A stretch of 64,000 bases of DNA from a bacterium (GCA_965261085.1 OZ253442.1:4000001-4064000), one strand, 5' to 3'. Positions 48,124 through 58,847 are shown, numbered from the stretch's first letter. The notes: generated by a model not told the origin, from the sequence alone. Made by a program: numbers and translations.

Positions 48124-49002
48124 TCAGCCCGCGCCGATGAGCACGTCGGCGATGGCGCCCGATGCGATGACGACGGACACCCAGGCGTTCAGGTTGAAGA
48201 ACGATATGTCCACTCGGCTCAAGTCGTCTGGCCGCACGATCCAGTGCTCCCAGAACAGAAGGCACCCCGCCGCCGCAAGCGCTATCCAGTAAAGCGCTCC
48301 CAAGCCGAACGCCCGGCCCGCCGCGTAGAAACAGGCCATCGTCCCGAGATGAGCTACGCCTGAGATGATGAGCGCGCCCTTGACGCCCAAAAGGCGCGGC
48401 AGGGAATAGATGTTCTTCTCACTGTCGAAATCAACGTCCAGACAGGCGTAGATGAGGTCGAATCCGCCCACCCAGAGCGTGACGCCTAAAAAAAGCAAAA
48501 CGGCCACGGCGTCCAGATCGCCGCGCACCGCCACCCAGGCGCCCGCAGGCGCACAGCCCAGGACTACGCCCAGAAACAGGTGCGTCCAGGAGGTGAAGCG
48601 CTTGGAATACGAGTAGAAGACGATGCAGGCCGCCACGGCGAAGGAAAGCGCGAAGGCGAGTGGGTTCAGCATCCAGGCGGAGAGGAGGAAGAGCGCCAGG
48701 AAGCCCGCCAGCATCATGAGGATGGATTTGGAATGGAGCAGCGCCTGAAACTCGTCGCGGTCTTTCGTCCTCGGGTTTTTGGGGTCGATGTCCCTGTCGG
48801 CTAAGCGGTTGAGAGACATGGCGAAATTACGCGCGCCCACCGCCGCCATCACCATCCAGAACAAGACCCAGGCGGAGGGAACGCCGCCTGCGGCCATCAC
48901 GCCGCCCATCAGCACGAAGGGAAGCCCGAAGATGGTGTGCTCGAATTTCACCATGCGCAGGAACTGCCTGAAACTTCTCGCCACCGACGCCTCAGCCGCC
49001 AA
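48124..49002 (-). CDS. UbiA-family prenyltransferase (MqnP-like)
   Basis: KFEHTIFGLPF, NRLADRDID..NPRT, YSYSKRFT, GFDLIYACLD. Confidence 0.88.
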   Translation of the reverse strand: MAAEASVARSFRQFLRMVKFEHTIFGLPFVLMGGVMAAGGVPSAWVLFWMVMAAVGARNFAMSLNRLADRDIDPKNPRTKDRDEFQALLHSKSILMMLAGFLALFLLSAWMLNPLAFALSFAVAACIVFYSYSKRFTSWTHLFLGVVLGCAPAGAWVAVRGDLDAVAVLLFLGVTLWVGGFDLIYACLDVDFDSEKNIYSLPRLLGVKGALIISGVAHLGTMACFYAAGRAFGLGALYWIALAAAGCLLFWEHWIVRPDDLSRVDISFFNLNAWVSVVIASGAIADVLIGAG

Positions 49003-50455
49003 GGCCGTACTCCTCCCATCGCCTCGTGACGCGCTCTTTTATCTCGTCCGTCATCACGATCTCGGGCGGCCATTCGCGCTCGAAACCCTCGGACGCCCAC
49101 TTTCGGGTGCCGTCCACGCCCACCTTGCTGCCCACGTGGAGACGCGGCGCCGCGTGTTCGAGCGCATCCACGGGGCCGTCGACGAACACCAGGTCGCGCC
49201 TCGGGTCGATGCTGCCCAGCACCTTCCAGGACACCTCGCTGATGTCGTGCACGTTCACGTCCTCATCCACGATGACGATGACCTTCGCGAGCGCCATCTG
49301 CCCCATCCCCCACAGGGCGTACATCACCTTTCGCGCGTGGTAGGGATAGGCCTTGCGGATCGAGACGATCACCATGTTGTGGAACACGCCCTCGGCAGGC
49401 ATGTGCACGTCCACGATTTCGGGGAGCTGCATCTTCATCAGGGGCAGGAAGATGCGCCCCGTCGCCCCGCCGAGCCAGTAGTCCTCCATCGGCGGCCTGC
49501 CCACGATGGTGGTGGGGTAGATGGCCTCTCTCTTTCTGGTGATGGCCGTGACGTGAAAGACGGGGTAATCGTCCGCCAGGGAATACCAGCCCGTGTGATC
49601 GCCGAAGGGCCCCTCTTCCCTCAACTCGCCGGGGTTCAGGTAGCCCTCCACCACGATGTCCGAATCCGCGGGAACCTCCACGTCCACGGTCTTGCACTTC
49701 ACCAGTTCGGCGCTCTTTCTCCTCAAAAAACCGGCGAGGTTCAACTCGTCAATCGCAGGCGGAAGCGGCGCGCTCGCCGCGTAGACGTAGACGGGGTCTC
49801 CGCCCAGGGCTATCGCCATCTCCATGCGCGCGCCCATTTTGGAGCTTTCCTGAAAATTCTGCGCCCCGTCGTGATGAAGGTGCATGTGCATGCCCGCGGT
49901 CGTCTCGTCGAAAAACTGCACGCGGTAAAGCCCTACGTTTCTTCGGCCAGTCCTCGGGTTTCGCGAGTAGATGTGCCCGAAGGTGATGTAGCGCCCCGCG
50001 TCCTCGGGCCAGCACTTGATGGCGGGAATCGAAAAGAGGTTCGGGTTTTCGGTCTCCACGATCTCCTGGCACTGGGCCGAGCCCACCATTTTCGGGGAAA
50101 AAGATGCGAGGCGCGCGAGCTTGGGCAGCATCTTCACCTTCGCGATGATGCCCTCGGGCGGCTTGATTTCGAGCAGTTCCGCCACCTCGTCGGCCACCGC
50201 ATCCATGCTGTCGACGCCTAAAGCCAGCTTCATGCGCTCATCGGAGGCGTAGGCGTTGATGAGGACGGGAACGTCGAACTCCTCGCCACCTGGGCCAATG
50301 GGTTTTTCGAACAAAAGGGCGGGGCCGCCGCTCTTCACCGAGCGATCGGCGATCTCGGTGATCTCGAGTTCCACGTCCACCGGAACCTTGACGCGGCGCA
50401 ACTCGCCCGCACGCTCTAAGGCATCGACGAATTCTTTAAGGGAGGCGTACGCCAT
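48992..50455 (-). CDS. UbiD-family menaquinone biosynthesis decarboxylase (MqnL-like)
   Basis: LEITEI, GPALLF, RNVGLYR, EGPFGDHTG.Y, VGRPPMED. Confidence 0.9.
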   Translation of the reverse strand: MAYASLKEFVDALERAGELRRVKVPVDVELEITEIADRSVKSGGPALLFEKPIGPGGEEFDVPVLINAYASDERMKLALGVDSMDAVADEVAELLEIKPPEGIIAKVKMLPKLARLASFSPKMVGSAQCQEIVETENPNLFSIPAIKCWPEDAGRYITFGHIYSRNPRTGRRNVGLYRVQFFDETTAGMHMHLHHDGAQNFQESSKMGARMEMAIALGGDPVYVYAASAPLPPAIDELNLAGFLRRKSAELVKCKTVDVEVPADSDIVVEGYLNPGELREEGPFGDHTGWYSLADDYPVFHVTAITRKREAIYPTTIVGRPPMEDYWLGGATGRIFLPLMKMQLPEIVDVHMPAEGVFHNMVIVSIRKAYPYHARKVMYALWGMGQMALAKVIVIVDEDVNVHDISEVSWKVLGSIDPRRDLVFVDGPVDALEHAAPRLHVGSKVGVDGTRKWASEGFEREWPPEIVMTDEIKERVTRRWEEYGLGG

Positions 50456-50467
50456 GTTTTGGGGAAA

Positions 50468-50752
50468 CTACTCGATGACCTTGGGGACGCGGAAATGGCC
50501 TTTTTCGAAATCGGGCGCCATTTTTTCGATATCTTCGATGGGGGATTCGGTGACCGCATCCTCGCGGAACACGTTCACGAGGTCGAGTACGTGTGAGGTA
50601 GGCTCCACGCCCTCGGTGTCCACCTCGTTCAGCTTGGCGATGTGTTCGAGAATGGCGCTGAGCTGTTCGGTGAATTTCTCGACCTCATCTTCACGCAGGT
50701 TCAGCCGCGCCAGGTTGGACACGTGAATCACATCTTCTCGCGAAATCGACAT
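50468..50752 (-). CDS. gatC: Asp/Glu-tRNA amidotransferase subunit C
   Basis: HVSNLARL, LNEVDTEGVEPT, FRED, FRVPKVIE; GGAGGGAG RBS. Confidence 0.93.
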   Translation of the reverse strand: MSISREDVIHVSNLARLNLREDEVEKFTEQLSAILEHIAKLNEVDTEGVEPTSHVLDLVNVFREDAVTESPIEDIEKMAPDFEKGHFRVPKVIE

Positions 50753-50771
50753 CACTCCCTCCTCTGCGCCC

Positions 50772-53081
50772 TTATACCGCTGGCCTTTCACCCGAGTCAA
50801 CGCCCTCATCCAAAGGCGCGAGCGGCGCGTACTTCAAAACCAGCTTTTTGGGCCCCACCTTCTCGAACTCCACGCTCACAATCGTGCGGTCTCCGGTTCC
50901 TTCACGCTTGCGGATGACGCCGAGGCCGAATTTCTTGTGCCGCACTCGCGCGCCGGGGGCAAAAGGGCCGAGCGCGGCGGGGGGTACGGCGGGCGCATCC
51001 TTCGTTTTTAGGCGATGGGCGGTCTTGGCTTCAGATAAAATCTCCCCGTAGCGCGAGTCGGCGTAGTCACGCGGCGCCCTGAAATCGCGCGGGGCGCGCC
51101 TTTGCGTCGGCGCATGATCGCCCACCCGCCTGATGAGTTCAGGCTCAAGCCCCTCCATGAAGCGGCTCGGGCGCGCCGCCCAGCTTTTCTCCGCCCCATC
51201 GGGCCGACGCTCCTTCGCCCAGGAGAGACACAAAACCTCCTTCGCCCGCGTCACTCCCACGTACAGGAGCCTTCTTTCCTCATCAAGAGAAGCCGGCTCA
51301 TCACGGGATCGGCTATGCGGAATCAACCCCTCCTGCACGCCCACTACCCCCACGGCGGCGAACTCGAGGCCCTTCGCCGTATGAAGCGTCATCAAAGAGA
51401 GAGCGCCGCTTTCTTCCGACAGCTCATCCGCCTCGCCCATCAGCGCCAATTCCTCCAGAAACAAGGTCATGGCCTCATCCGATTCGGGCGATACGCCTTC
51501 TTCTTCGAGAATCCGATCCTCAAACGCACGGGCGGCGGCGGCGAACTCGCCCGCACCCTCGATTGCGCGTGCTGCGGCGCGGCGGCGCTCCACCGATGCG
51601 CTCCCCCGCGCTGCGCCCTCAAGCCAGGCCCGGTAACCCGTCCGATCGAGCGCTTCTTCAATCAGACGCGCAGGTCCTGTCTTCTGAGAGGCGAGCGCAT
51701 CAAGCGTCTTAAGCAAGTCCCCGAGACTTTGCGCGGCATTCCCCCTAATGCGGCCTGCGGCCAGAGCGGCCCGCGCATCGGCGATTGTGACGCCCGGCGC
51801 GTCTTCGCCCGCTATCGCCTTCAAGCGCTCCGGCCCCAGCCCTCGGGGCGGGCGGTTGACGATGCGCGAGAATGCCGCACCATCCTCGGGCCGGATGAGC
51901 ACCCGTAAATAGGCGGCCATATCCTGGACTTCGGGGCGATCGAAAAACCGCTGGCCCTTCACCACTTGGTAGGGGATCCCCCGCCTGCGGGCCGCTTCTT
52001 CCAGGGCGCGCGATTGCGAGTTGACCCGGTAGAAGACGGCGACGTCTTTCCAGGGAACCCGGACGCCCGCTCCCGCTTCGATGAGGTGTTTGATAACGGC
52101 TTCCGCTTCCTCTTCAGGGTTCGCCGCCGCCAGATAGCATACGGCCTCCCCCGCAGGATTCTGGGTGAAAAGGCGCTTTTCGTGACGCGCCCCGGCCCCG
52201 CCCATGATGCGCGAGGCAACGCCGAGTATCGCCCCGCTCGAGCGATAGTTTTCCTCGAGACGAAATACCTTAGCACCAGGAAATCTGCGCTCAAAGTGCA
52301 GTATGTTCTCCACCCGCGCGCCCCGCCAGCCGTAGATGCCCTGATCGTCATCCCCCACGGCGAACACGCGCCCATGAGCGCGAGAGAGCAGGGCCACGAG
52401 TTCATCCTGCGCGGGGTTGGTGTCCTGATATTCATCGACGAGAATTTCCTGGAAACGGGTTTGATATTTCTCAAGAACGTCGGGATGTCGCCGGAACATG
52501 CTTAAAGGACGCGCCAGCAAATCATCGAAATCCACCGCGCCCGCCTCGCTGAGGGCGCGCTCATAGGCCGGCGCTATTTTCCGGGCCATCTCCTCCATGC
52601 TGAACGGGGGCGGATTCGAATCACCCACCTCCGCTAGCGAGGTTTTGCGGCGTCCTATCTGCTCCAGAACCGACCTGGGCGCGTAGCGCTCCTCGTTGAT
52701 TTTCGCCCCCCCCATGCACCGCTTGATGAGCGTTACGCACTCACTGCGAGAAAATATGGTGAAGTCGGGAGACAAGCCCGCCGCTTCGGCTTCGGCTCTC
52801 AGGATTCTGGCGCATACCGCGTGAAAGGTTCCCACCCAGATGCCCCGGGCTCCTTCCTCTAATGAGGCGAACAGGCGCGCCCTCATCTCGCCCGCCGCCT
52901 TGTTCGTGAACGTGATGGCCAGAATCCGGGACGGGGCGAGACCCTCGGCGAGCAGGCGCAGGATGCGGTGGACGATCACCCGCGTCTTGCCCGAACCCGC
53001 CCCCGCCAGCACCAGATTCGCACCTGCGGGCGCGAGTACCGCTTCTTTTTGTTGGGGATTCAAGTCTTTCAGATAGTCCAC
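50772..53081 (-). CDS. UvrD/PcrA superfamily I DNA helicase
   Basis: AGAGSGKT, TFTNKAA, VDEYQDTN, NYRS, TLHTAKGLEF, EERRLLYVGVTRA; start uncertain (GTG 53081). Confidence 0.93.
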   Translation of the reverse strand: MDYLKDLNPQQKEAVLAPAGANLVLAGAGSGKTRVIVHRILRLLAEGLAPSRILAITFTNKAAGEMRARLFASLEEGARGIWVGTFHAVCARILRAEAEAAGLSPDFTIFSRSECVTLIKRCMGGAKINEERYAPRSVLEQIGRRKTSLAEVGDSNPPPFSMEEMARKIAPAYERALSEAGAVDFDDLLARPLSMFRRHPDVLEKYQTRFQEILVDEYQDTNPAQDELVALLSRAHGRVFAVGDDDQGIYGWRGARVENILHFERRFPGAKVFRLEENYRSSGAILGVASRIMGGAGARHEKRLFTQNPAGEAVCYLAAANPEEEAEAVIKHLIEAGAGVRVPWKDVAVFYRVNSQSRALEEAARRRGIPYQVVKGQRFFDRPEVQDMAAYLRVLIRPEDGAAFSRIVNRPPRGLGPERLKAIAGEDAPGVTIADARAALAAGRIRGNAAQSLGDLLKTLDALASQKTGPARLIEEALDRTGYRAWLEGAARGSASVERRRAAARAIEGAGEFAAAARAFEDRILEEEGVSPESDEAMTLFLEELALMGEADELSEESGALSLMTLHTAKGLEFAAVGVVGVQEGLIPHSRSRDEPASLDEERRLLYVGVTRAKEVLCLSWAKERRPDGAEKSWAARPSRFMEGLEPELIRRVGDHAPTQRRAPRDFRAPRDYADSRYGEILSEAKTAHRLKTKDAPAVPPAALGPFAPGARVRHKKFGLGVIRKREGTGDRTIVSVEFEKVGPKKLVLKYAPLAPLDEGVDSGERPAV

Positions 53082-53097
53082 GGATATATTTTTCGGA

Positions 53098-53874
53098 TTA
53101 AAACCGGCGGCGGCCCACGCTCGGCTTAGGAGCACGGATGAGCGTTCCCTCGGGATACGCTCCCTTGGAGACGGTCACGTTCGGCGCGACCCAGGAGCCG
53201 GGGCCCAGCAGCACGCCCGGAGAAGTCACGGCGTTACAGCCGATCTCGACGTCATCGCCCACCACGGCGCCGAATTTCGTGAGGCCGGTGTCGATTCGCT
53301 CTCCATCCACTCTAATGACGATGTTTTTCACCTCACCCCTTCTTTTTTCCTCTTCGGTCCTGAGCTCGAGATTCGCCAGCTTCACGCCCGCGCCCAGGTT
53401 CGCCTCCACACCCAGAATGCTGTCTCCCGCGTAGGCGAAATGCCCCGCCTGCGCGCCGTTCAAAAAGACGCTGTTCTTGACTTCCGTCGCATGGCCCACG
53501 ACGGCGCCCGGCCCGATGAGGCAGCCTCCCCGCAAATACGCCCCGTGCCTTACTTCTGCGCCCTCGCAAAGAACCGTCGGCCCCTTGATGACCACACCCG
53601 GCTCCACCCGCGCGCCCGCTTCCACGAGCAGGCCGATAGAGGCGATTTTCAGGCTTTCTCCCGGGACGAGCAGCCCCTCGCTCACCACCAGGCCCTCTTC
53701 CGCGCGCAGCGCGGGTGCCTCGCTCAATGGCGCGTCGGCTTCATCCACCAGTTTCTGGACGAAATCCATAAGACGAGCGACGATCTCCCAGGCGTGCGTC
53801 ACACCTTCGAACAAGGCGGCGTGGGGAAATTCACCGAGCCTCCGCAAATAGGTTCGAGACGCAGTCGCGCTCAT
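53098..53874 (-). CDS. Stand-alone hexapeptide-repeat (LbH) acetyltransferase, GlmU C-terminal-like
   Basis: RHGAYLRG, EVKNS, HFAYAGDSILG, NLGAG, KFGAVVGD; no nucleotidyltransferase domain. Confidence 0.82.
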   Translation of the reverse strand: MSATASRTYLRRLGEFPHAALFEGVTHAWEIVARLMDFVQKLVDEADAPLSEAPALRAEEGLVVSEGLLVPGESLKIASIGLLVEAGARVEPGVVIKGPTVLCEGAEVRHGAYLRGGCLIGPGAVVGHATEVKNSVFLNGAQAGHFAYAGDSILGVEANLGAGVKLANLELRTEEEKRRGEVKNIVIRVDGERIDTGLTKFGAVVGDDVEIGCNAVTSPGVLLGPGSWVAPNVTVSKGAYPEGTLIRAPKPSVGRRRF

Positions 53875-55799
53875 TTTTTCATCTCCAGATACCACTCGCC
53901 CAGCGGCGTGATGCTTAAAGTTCCGGCCTCCTCCCGCGCCAGTCCGCCGCGCAGCATCTCTTTTCGTATGCCGGCCGCTTGAACCGGCGCGCCAAAACGA
54001 GCCTCGGCGTCTGAGTCCAGATGCGCATCGGCAGCCTCCAAACCCATCTCACGCATTTCCAAGGCCTTAAGCAAGCAGGTCTCAGCCCGCGCGCCGGGAG
54101 CGTCATCATCCTTCATGCGCCTTAAAATCTCGCGCAACACCTCTTCGCCCGCGGCGCAGAGTCGCCTCTCCCAATCCAGAGGCCCCCTGAGCACCACGCC
54201 CGCCCTGCTCTCGGTCCCTGAGTTCCTCACATAAACCGCGCCCAGCGGCCCGCCCGCCTCATCTTCCAAAGCGAGATACATGACGCCCGCGTCATCCTCG
54301 AGCGCCGCCCGGCGCGGGGTGGCTACGCCTGAGAAGGCGCTCTTTGCGCAGGATGTCAGTTTCGCGCTTATGGCCTCCCACGCCTCGGTGCCCGGCGCGA
54401 AGCGGCTCCGCTCCACATGGTAGGCATAATAGGATTTCTTGAACCCGCGGGGAAACGGCGCGCCGATGGCCGCATACGCTTCTTCCGGGTTCGCCTCCTC
54501 GAAAAGGCTCCGCACCGCCGCGCAGGTGTTGAGGAAACTCTTGAGACCGTCTCCCACCGCGATTCTGCTTCCCTCGCCCACAGCGTTCACCAGCAGGCCC
54601 GGCGCGACCGTATGGCCGGATTCCTCACCGCCTAAGGCGAAGCGATCCCCCCATCTGCGCGCCTCGTTCAAAATCCACTTATCTCCCACGGGGGTGAAGA
54701 CGACCCGAAGCCCCACCTCATTCAGAGCCGCCGCCGCGCCCGAATCGCTCTCTATCGTGATGGCGGCCACACCTCCCTCGGGCAACTCACCTTCTCCTTT
54801 CAGGAAACGCGACTGCAAGACGAGCGCGTCGTCCCCATCCAGGACGTGAAGCGCGTCTCGAAACGGATTGTAGACGAGGGTGTAGCCCCTGTCGCCGTCG
54901 GCGTCCAGGACGCAGGCCGCCGCGAGGCCATCGCCTCGTAGAAGTTCTTCCCGCCGCGAGCGCCCCGCCTCAAAAAGCGCGCGCGCACCTGAATGGCCGG
55001 CGATGAATTCGGCGTCCGCCCCCTCGACGGCGCGCCTGCCTTCGAGTGTGACCACGCCGCCGTTCTCGTTCACGCGGCCACCACCCAAAGCATTCACCTC
55101 CCGCACGCTTAAAGGCGACAATTCCTCCAGAACCTGTGCGGCCACCCCGCTCCACGCCCCCGCCGCCGGATCCACGACCAGGTCCCACCGGGCGAGATCG
55201 CCCTCGCGCAGCCAGGAGTTGGGGAGCCGGGTGACGTAGTCCACGTAAAAGGCGCGCGCCTCGGCTGCGGATTCCACCCCGTGGCCGCTCGGAGGCGTTT
55301 GCTCAACCGTACTCCAGTTGCTCGCCCAGATGCGCGCGCTTAGCGCCGCATCCTCATCCGGGAGGGGCTTCATCGAGTCGGGGGATAAAAGGATTTTCAC
55401 GCCGTTTTGTTCCGCAGGGTTGTGAGAGGCGGTGAGCATCACCGCGCCCGCCCCGCCCACGCCCGCCAGATAGGCCGCAGCCACCGGGGTGGGCATCACG
55501 CCGAGCGAGAGCACGTGCGCGCCCGCGCGCAGAAGACCGCTCACGCACGCGGTGGATAATTCCTCCGCATCACGGGGGTCCCAGGCCAGCACCACCGCAG
55601 CGGGAGAGATGAGCCCTTCTGAGGCTCTTTCCAGAAGCCAGGCGCCTGCTTCGAAGACGTAGTGCTCGATGAACCTCGTCGTCAAGACTCCGTTTTTCAG
55701 AAAAGCCGCCCGCGACTCGACTCCCGCCGCTTGGGGGTGATCCTCATCCACCACGAGACCGCGAACCCCGTCCGTTCCCTGAAACTTCGCTTTTGACAT
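53871..55799 (-). CDS. Phosphohexomutase, GlmM-like (enlarged)
   Basis: GTDGVRG, TASHNP, DADGDR, GGEESGH, RNSGTE. Confidence 0.82.
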   Translation of the reverse strand: MSKAKFQGTDGVRGLVVDEDHPQAAGVESRAAFLKNGVLTTRFIEHYVFEAGAWLLERASEGLISPAAVVLAWDPRDAEELSTACVSGLLRAGAHVLSLGVMPTPVAAAYLAGVGGAGAVMLTASHNPAEQNGVKILLSPDSMKPLPDEDAALSARIWASNWSTVEQTPPSGHGVESAAEARAFYVDYVTRLPNSWLREGDLARWDLVVDPAAGAWSGVAAQVLEELSPLSVREVNALGGGRVNENGGVVTLEGRRAVEGADAEFIAGHSGARALFEAGRSRREELLRGDGLAAACVLDADGDRGYTLVYNPFRDALHVLDGDDALVLQSRFLKGEGELPEGGVAAITIESDSGAAAALNEVGLRVVFTPVGDKWILNEARRWGDRFALGGEESGHTVAPGLLVNAVGEGSRIAVGDGLKSFLNTCAAVRSLFEEANPEEAYAAIGAPFPRGFKKSYYAYHVERSRFAPGTEAWEAISAKLTSCAKSAFSGVATPRRAALEDDAGVMYLALEDEAGGPLGAVYVRNSGTESRAGVVLRGPLDWERRLCAAGEEVLREILRRMKDDDAPGARAETCLLKALEMREMGLEAADAHLDSDAEARFGAPVQAAGIRKEMLRGGLAREEAGTLSITPLGEWYLEMKK

Positions 55800-55816
55800 T
55801 TACGGAGAGAGAGCCC

Positions 55817-57640
55817 TTAGGCGACGGTGACGGACTTCGCCAGGGCGCGCGGCCTGTCGACGTCGCGCTTCAAGGCCACCGCGAGGAAGTAGGCCAGCAA
55901 CTGACCCGAGACCAGATGCAGGAAGGGCGCGAGCAGGGCGGAGACCCTGGGCAGCACGATCTCCTCGCTGAACAGCCCCTCCACCATCTCGTCCCCCTCG
56001 AAGCGGTAGCCCAGGACGAAGCCGCCGCGCGCGCGAACCTCCTCCGCGCTGCTTCGCGTGAGCGCGTGAAGCTCGGCCTCCTCAGGCGTGGGCATCAGGA
56101 CGATGGTGTACATGTTCTCATCTATCAGGGAGATGGTGCCATGCTTGAGAAAGCCCGCGCTCATCCCCTCCGCGTGGAGATAGGTGACTTCTTTCATCTT
56201 GAGCGCGCACTCGAGCGCCGCAGGGTAATAGATGCCCCTGCCTAGATACAGCCAGTTCTTCATGTGCTGATGCGCCTGCGCCGCCCCGTGAAAAAAGCCT
56301 GCGCGTTCATTGAGCGTCTCGAGCACGAGGTCGGACAAAGAGGAGACCTCCTCCCGGAGCGCTGCGACCTGCGCTTCGCTCAAGCGACCTGCGAGCAGAC
56401 CCAGTTCCATCGAGGCGAGCAGCAATATGACCGCCTGACTCAGGGCCGTCTTGGTGCTGAGGACGGATTTTTCGGGTCCTGCGCCCTGGAGAATCGGAAC
56501 GTCCACCGAGCGAACGAGGGTGGAGCCCATCATGTTCACGATGCCCGCCGTCTTCGCGCCTTTGGATTTCGCATGGCGCAGGGCGCTCAGGGTGTCATAA
56601 GTCTCCCCCGACTGACTGATGGCGCAAAAACCATCCTCAGGCCCGACTTTTGCTACGTGGAGGAATTCGTCCGTACTGATGACGGGCAGATATTTCCCGC
56701 CCAAGCGGCTGAAGAAATACTGGCCCATCGAAGCGATGTAATAGGTCGTCCCCACGCCGCCCAGGAAACATAGCCGCGATTCGTGAATCATCCTGGCCAG
56801 GGCCTGGATATCTTCTCTGGGTATCTGGAGGGCGGCCTGGACGGTGGTGGGCTGATCGTAAATTTCCTTCAGCATGAAATGCGGATAGCCGCCCCGGCGC
56901 GCCTTTCCCGCATCCCATTCAATCTCGGTGACCTCCTTGTCGACGCGCTCTCTGGTGAGGAGACTCTTGACCGCATAGCTCTCCGGCGTGATGACCGCAT
57001 ATTCGCCGTCTTCCATGATGATCGCCCGGCGGGTGAACTCGAAGAACGCGCTGAAATCGGAACCCACGTAGTTGGCGTCGTCCCCCAGGCCGATGATGAG
57101 GGGCGATTCGCGCTTCACGCAGAAAATCCTGCCCGGCGCGTCGGCCGAGATGACCGCCAGGGCGAAGGTGCCTTCGAGTTCGTCGATCGCCTCGACGAAA
57201 CCCTCCTCCACGTCCTGGCCGTTTCGCGCTATTTTCTGCGCCACCAGATGCGCGATGACCTCGGAATCCGTCTCGGAGCGAAACGCAGCGCCCGCGCTCT
57301 CCAATCGATTTCTGAGCTCTTTGTAGTTCGAGATGATGCCGTTGTGGACCACGGCCAGACGGCTCTCGTTGTCCGCGTGGGGGTGCGCGTTCGCCTGCGT
57401 CACCCCGCCGTGCGTCGCCCAGCGCGTATGCGCGATGCCCACGAGGCCCTTCATGTCCGTGAAGCGCTCGAGGGAATTCACCGCCTCCACGGTGCCCACG
57501 TTCTTGCGGATGTCTATCGTCCCGTTTCTTTGAACGGCCATGCCGCAGGAGTCGTACCCCCGGTATTCCAGGGCCGCGATGGAACGCAGGAGTTTTTGCG
57601 AGACGTTCGCGCTCGCCGCCATGCCCGCGATGCCGCACAT
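55817..57640 (-). CDS. glmS: Glutamine-fructose-6-phosphate transaminase
   Basis: MCGIAG start, EYRGYDS, HTRWATHG, SQSGET, PRALAKSVT. Confidence 0.95.
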   Translation of the reverse strand: MCGIAGMAASANVSQKLLRSIAALEYRGYDSCGMAVQRNGTIDIRKNVGTVEAVNSLERFTDMKGLVGIAHTRWATHGGVTQANAHPHADNESRLAVVHNGIISNYKELRNRLESAGAAFRSETDSEVIAHLVAQKIARNGQDVEEGFVEAIDELEGTFALAVISADAPGRIFCVKRESPLIIGLGDDANYVGSDFSAFFEFTRRAIIMEDGEYAVITPESYAVKSLLTRERVDKEVTEIEWDAGKARRGGYPHFMLKEIYDQPTTVQAALQIPREDIQALARMIHESRLCFLGGVGTTYYIASMGQYFFSRLGGKYLPVISTDEFLHVAKVGPEDGFCAISQSGETYDTLSALRHAKSKGAKTAGIVNMMGSTLVRSVDVPILQGAGPEKSVLSTKTALSQAVILLLASMELGLLAGRLSEAQVAALREEVSSLSDLVLETLNERAGFFHGAAQAHQHMKNWLYLGRGIYYPAALECALKMKEVTYLHAEGMSAGFLKHGTISLIDENMYTIVLMPTPEEAELHALTRSSAEEVRARGGFVLGYRFEGDEMVEGLFSEEIVLPRVSALLAPFLHLVSGQLLAYFLAVALKRDVDRPRALAKSVTVA

Positions 57641-57641
57641 G

Positions 57642-58847
57642 CTAGTTCTCTCCCCGCGGGTAGGTGTAATGGTGCGGTACGACTTCACCGGGCGGAACGA
57701 CGGCGCCCGAGGCCAGCGTATTCGAGGCGCCCACCTTGGCGCCATCGCCCAGGAACGCGCCTACCTTGTCGAGGCCCGAATCGACCTTTCCCTCCGGCAT
57801 GCGCACCACGATTGCGGACTGGTCGAGATTCTGAATCAGCGTCATCGTACCCGAACCCACCACGGCGTCCTCGCCGATGACGCTGTCGCCCACGAAGGAC
57901 AGCCGCCCCACGCGAACGCCGTCGAACAGGATGCAGTTCTTGAGCTCCACGCCGAAGCCGATGGTCGCGTTCGCGCCGATGGCCGTATAGGGGCGCACTA
58001 GAACCCCGTTTCCCAAAAATGTATTCTCCCCGATGAAGCACGGGCCGAAGATGGAAGCGCCCGATTCGATCACCACGTTTTTCTCGATCACCACGGGTCC
58101 GCGAAACTGCACCGCGCCCCTGAGCCGCACGCTGCCGTCCACGCGGGCCTCGGTCCAGGTGTCCATGACCATGCGGTTGCCCTTGAGCAGATCCCAGGGG
58201 TGTTGGGCGTCCAGCCAGGGTTCCTCCCAAATCGAGGAGCGAAGCCCCTCCCCTGCGCATAATTCGTTGAGCGCCTCGTCCATCTCGAAGTTCTCCAGCA
58301 AATCGAACAGCCGGTGGGGCATGACGAACACGCCGGCGAGGACGTAATTGCCCACCTCGCGCTCGACGGGCTTTTCCACCAGGCGCTCTATCTGCATGTC
58401 CTTGCCGAGATAGACCGTGCCGTAGTTCTGGGCATGGGGCGTATGGCAAATCGCCGCCACGGGCTGATGAAAGGAGCCGAACGCCTGAACGACCTGGCGG
58501 TACATGTTCTCAGACGCCAGCACGTCCGCATAGACCAGCAAAAACGATTCATCCTCCTGAAAATGCCCTTTCGCGAGCCGGATGGCGTCGCGAATTCCGG
58601 TGGGCTCGTCCTGGCGGATGTACTGAATCGTCATCCCGTAGCGCGAACCCTGCCCGAATTCGTTGATGATCCTGTCGGCGCGGTGACCGACGACGACGAC
58701 CAGGTCGCTCACACCGGCGGCCCGTATCTTCTTGAACGCCGAATGCAGGAGCATCTCGCCCGCCATCGGCAGCATCGCCTTCGGCCGGGTATTCGTAAAC
58801 GGATACAAACCGGCCCCGCGGCCGGCCGCCAGAATCAATGCTCTCAC
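57642..58847 (-). CDS. Sugar-1-phosphate nucleotidyltransferase/acetyltransferase (archaeal-type GlmU-like)
   Basis: ILAAGRG..L.PFT..RPKAM, WLD...PWDLL, ELKNC, LSFVGDSVIG, C-terminal LbH. Confidence 0.82.
   Translation of the reverse strand: MRALILAAGRGAGLYPFTNTRPKAMLPMAGEMLLHSAFKKIRAAGVSDLVVVVGHRADRIINEFGQGSRYGMTIQYIRQDEPTGIRDAIRLAKGHFQEDESFLLVYADVLASENMYRQVVQAFGSFHQPVAAICHTPHAQNYGTVYLGKDMQIERLVEKPVEREVGNYVLAGVFVMPHRLFDLLENFEMDEALNELCAGEGLRSSIWEEPWLDAQHPWDLLKGNRMVMDTWTEARVDGSVRLRGAVQFRGPVVIEKNVVIESGASIFGPCFIGENTFLGNGVLVRPYTAIGANATIGFGVELKNCILFDGVRVGRLSFVGDSVIGEDAVVGSGTMTLIQNLDQSAIVVRMPEGKVDSGLDKVGAFLGDGAKVGASNTLASGAVVPPGEVVPHHYTYPRGEN

Noticed and set aside
48779-50221. 480-aa plus-strand ORF
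   Set aside because: Antisense shadow of the UbiD-family gene, typical of high-GC codon bias; no motifs.
56783-57880. 365-aa plus-strand ORF (similar long shadows at 23999-25051, 28543-29511, 30036-31019, 61923-62903)
   Set aside because: Antisense to well-supported genes; no independent motifs.
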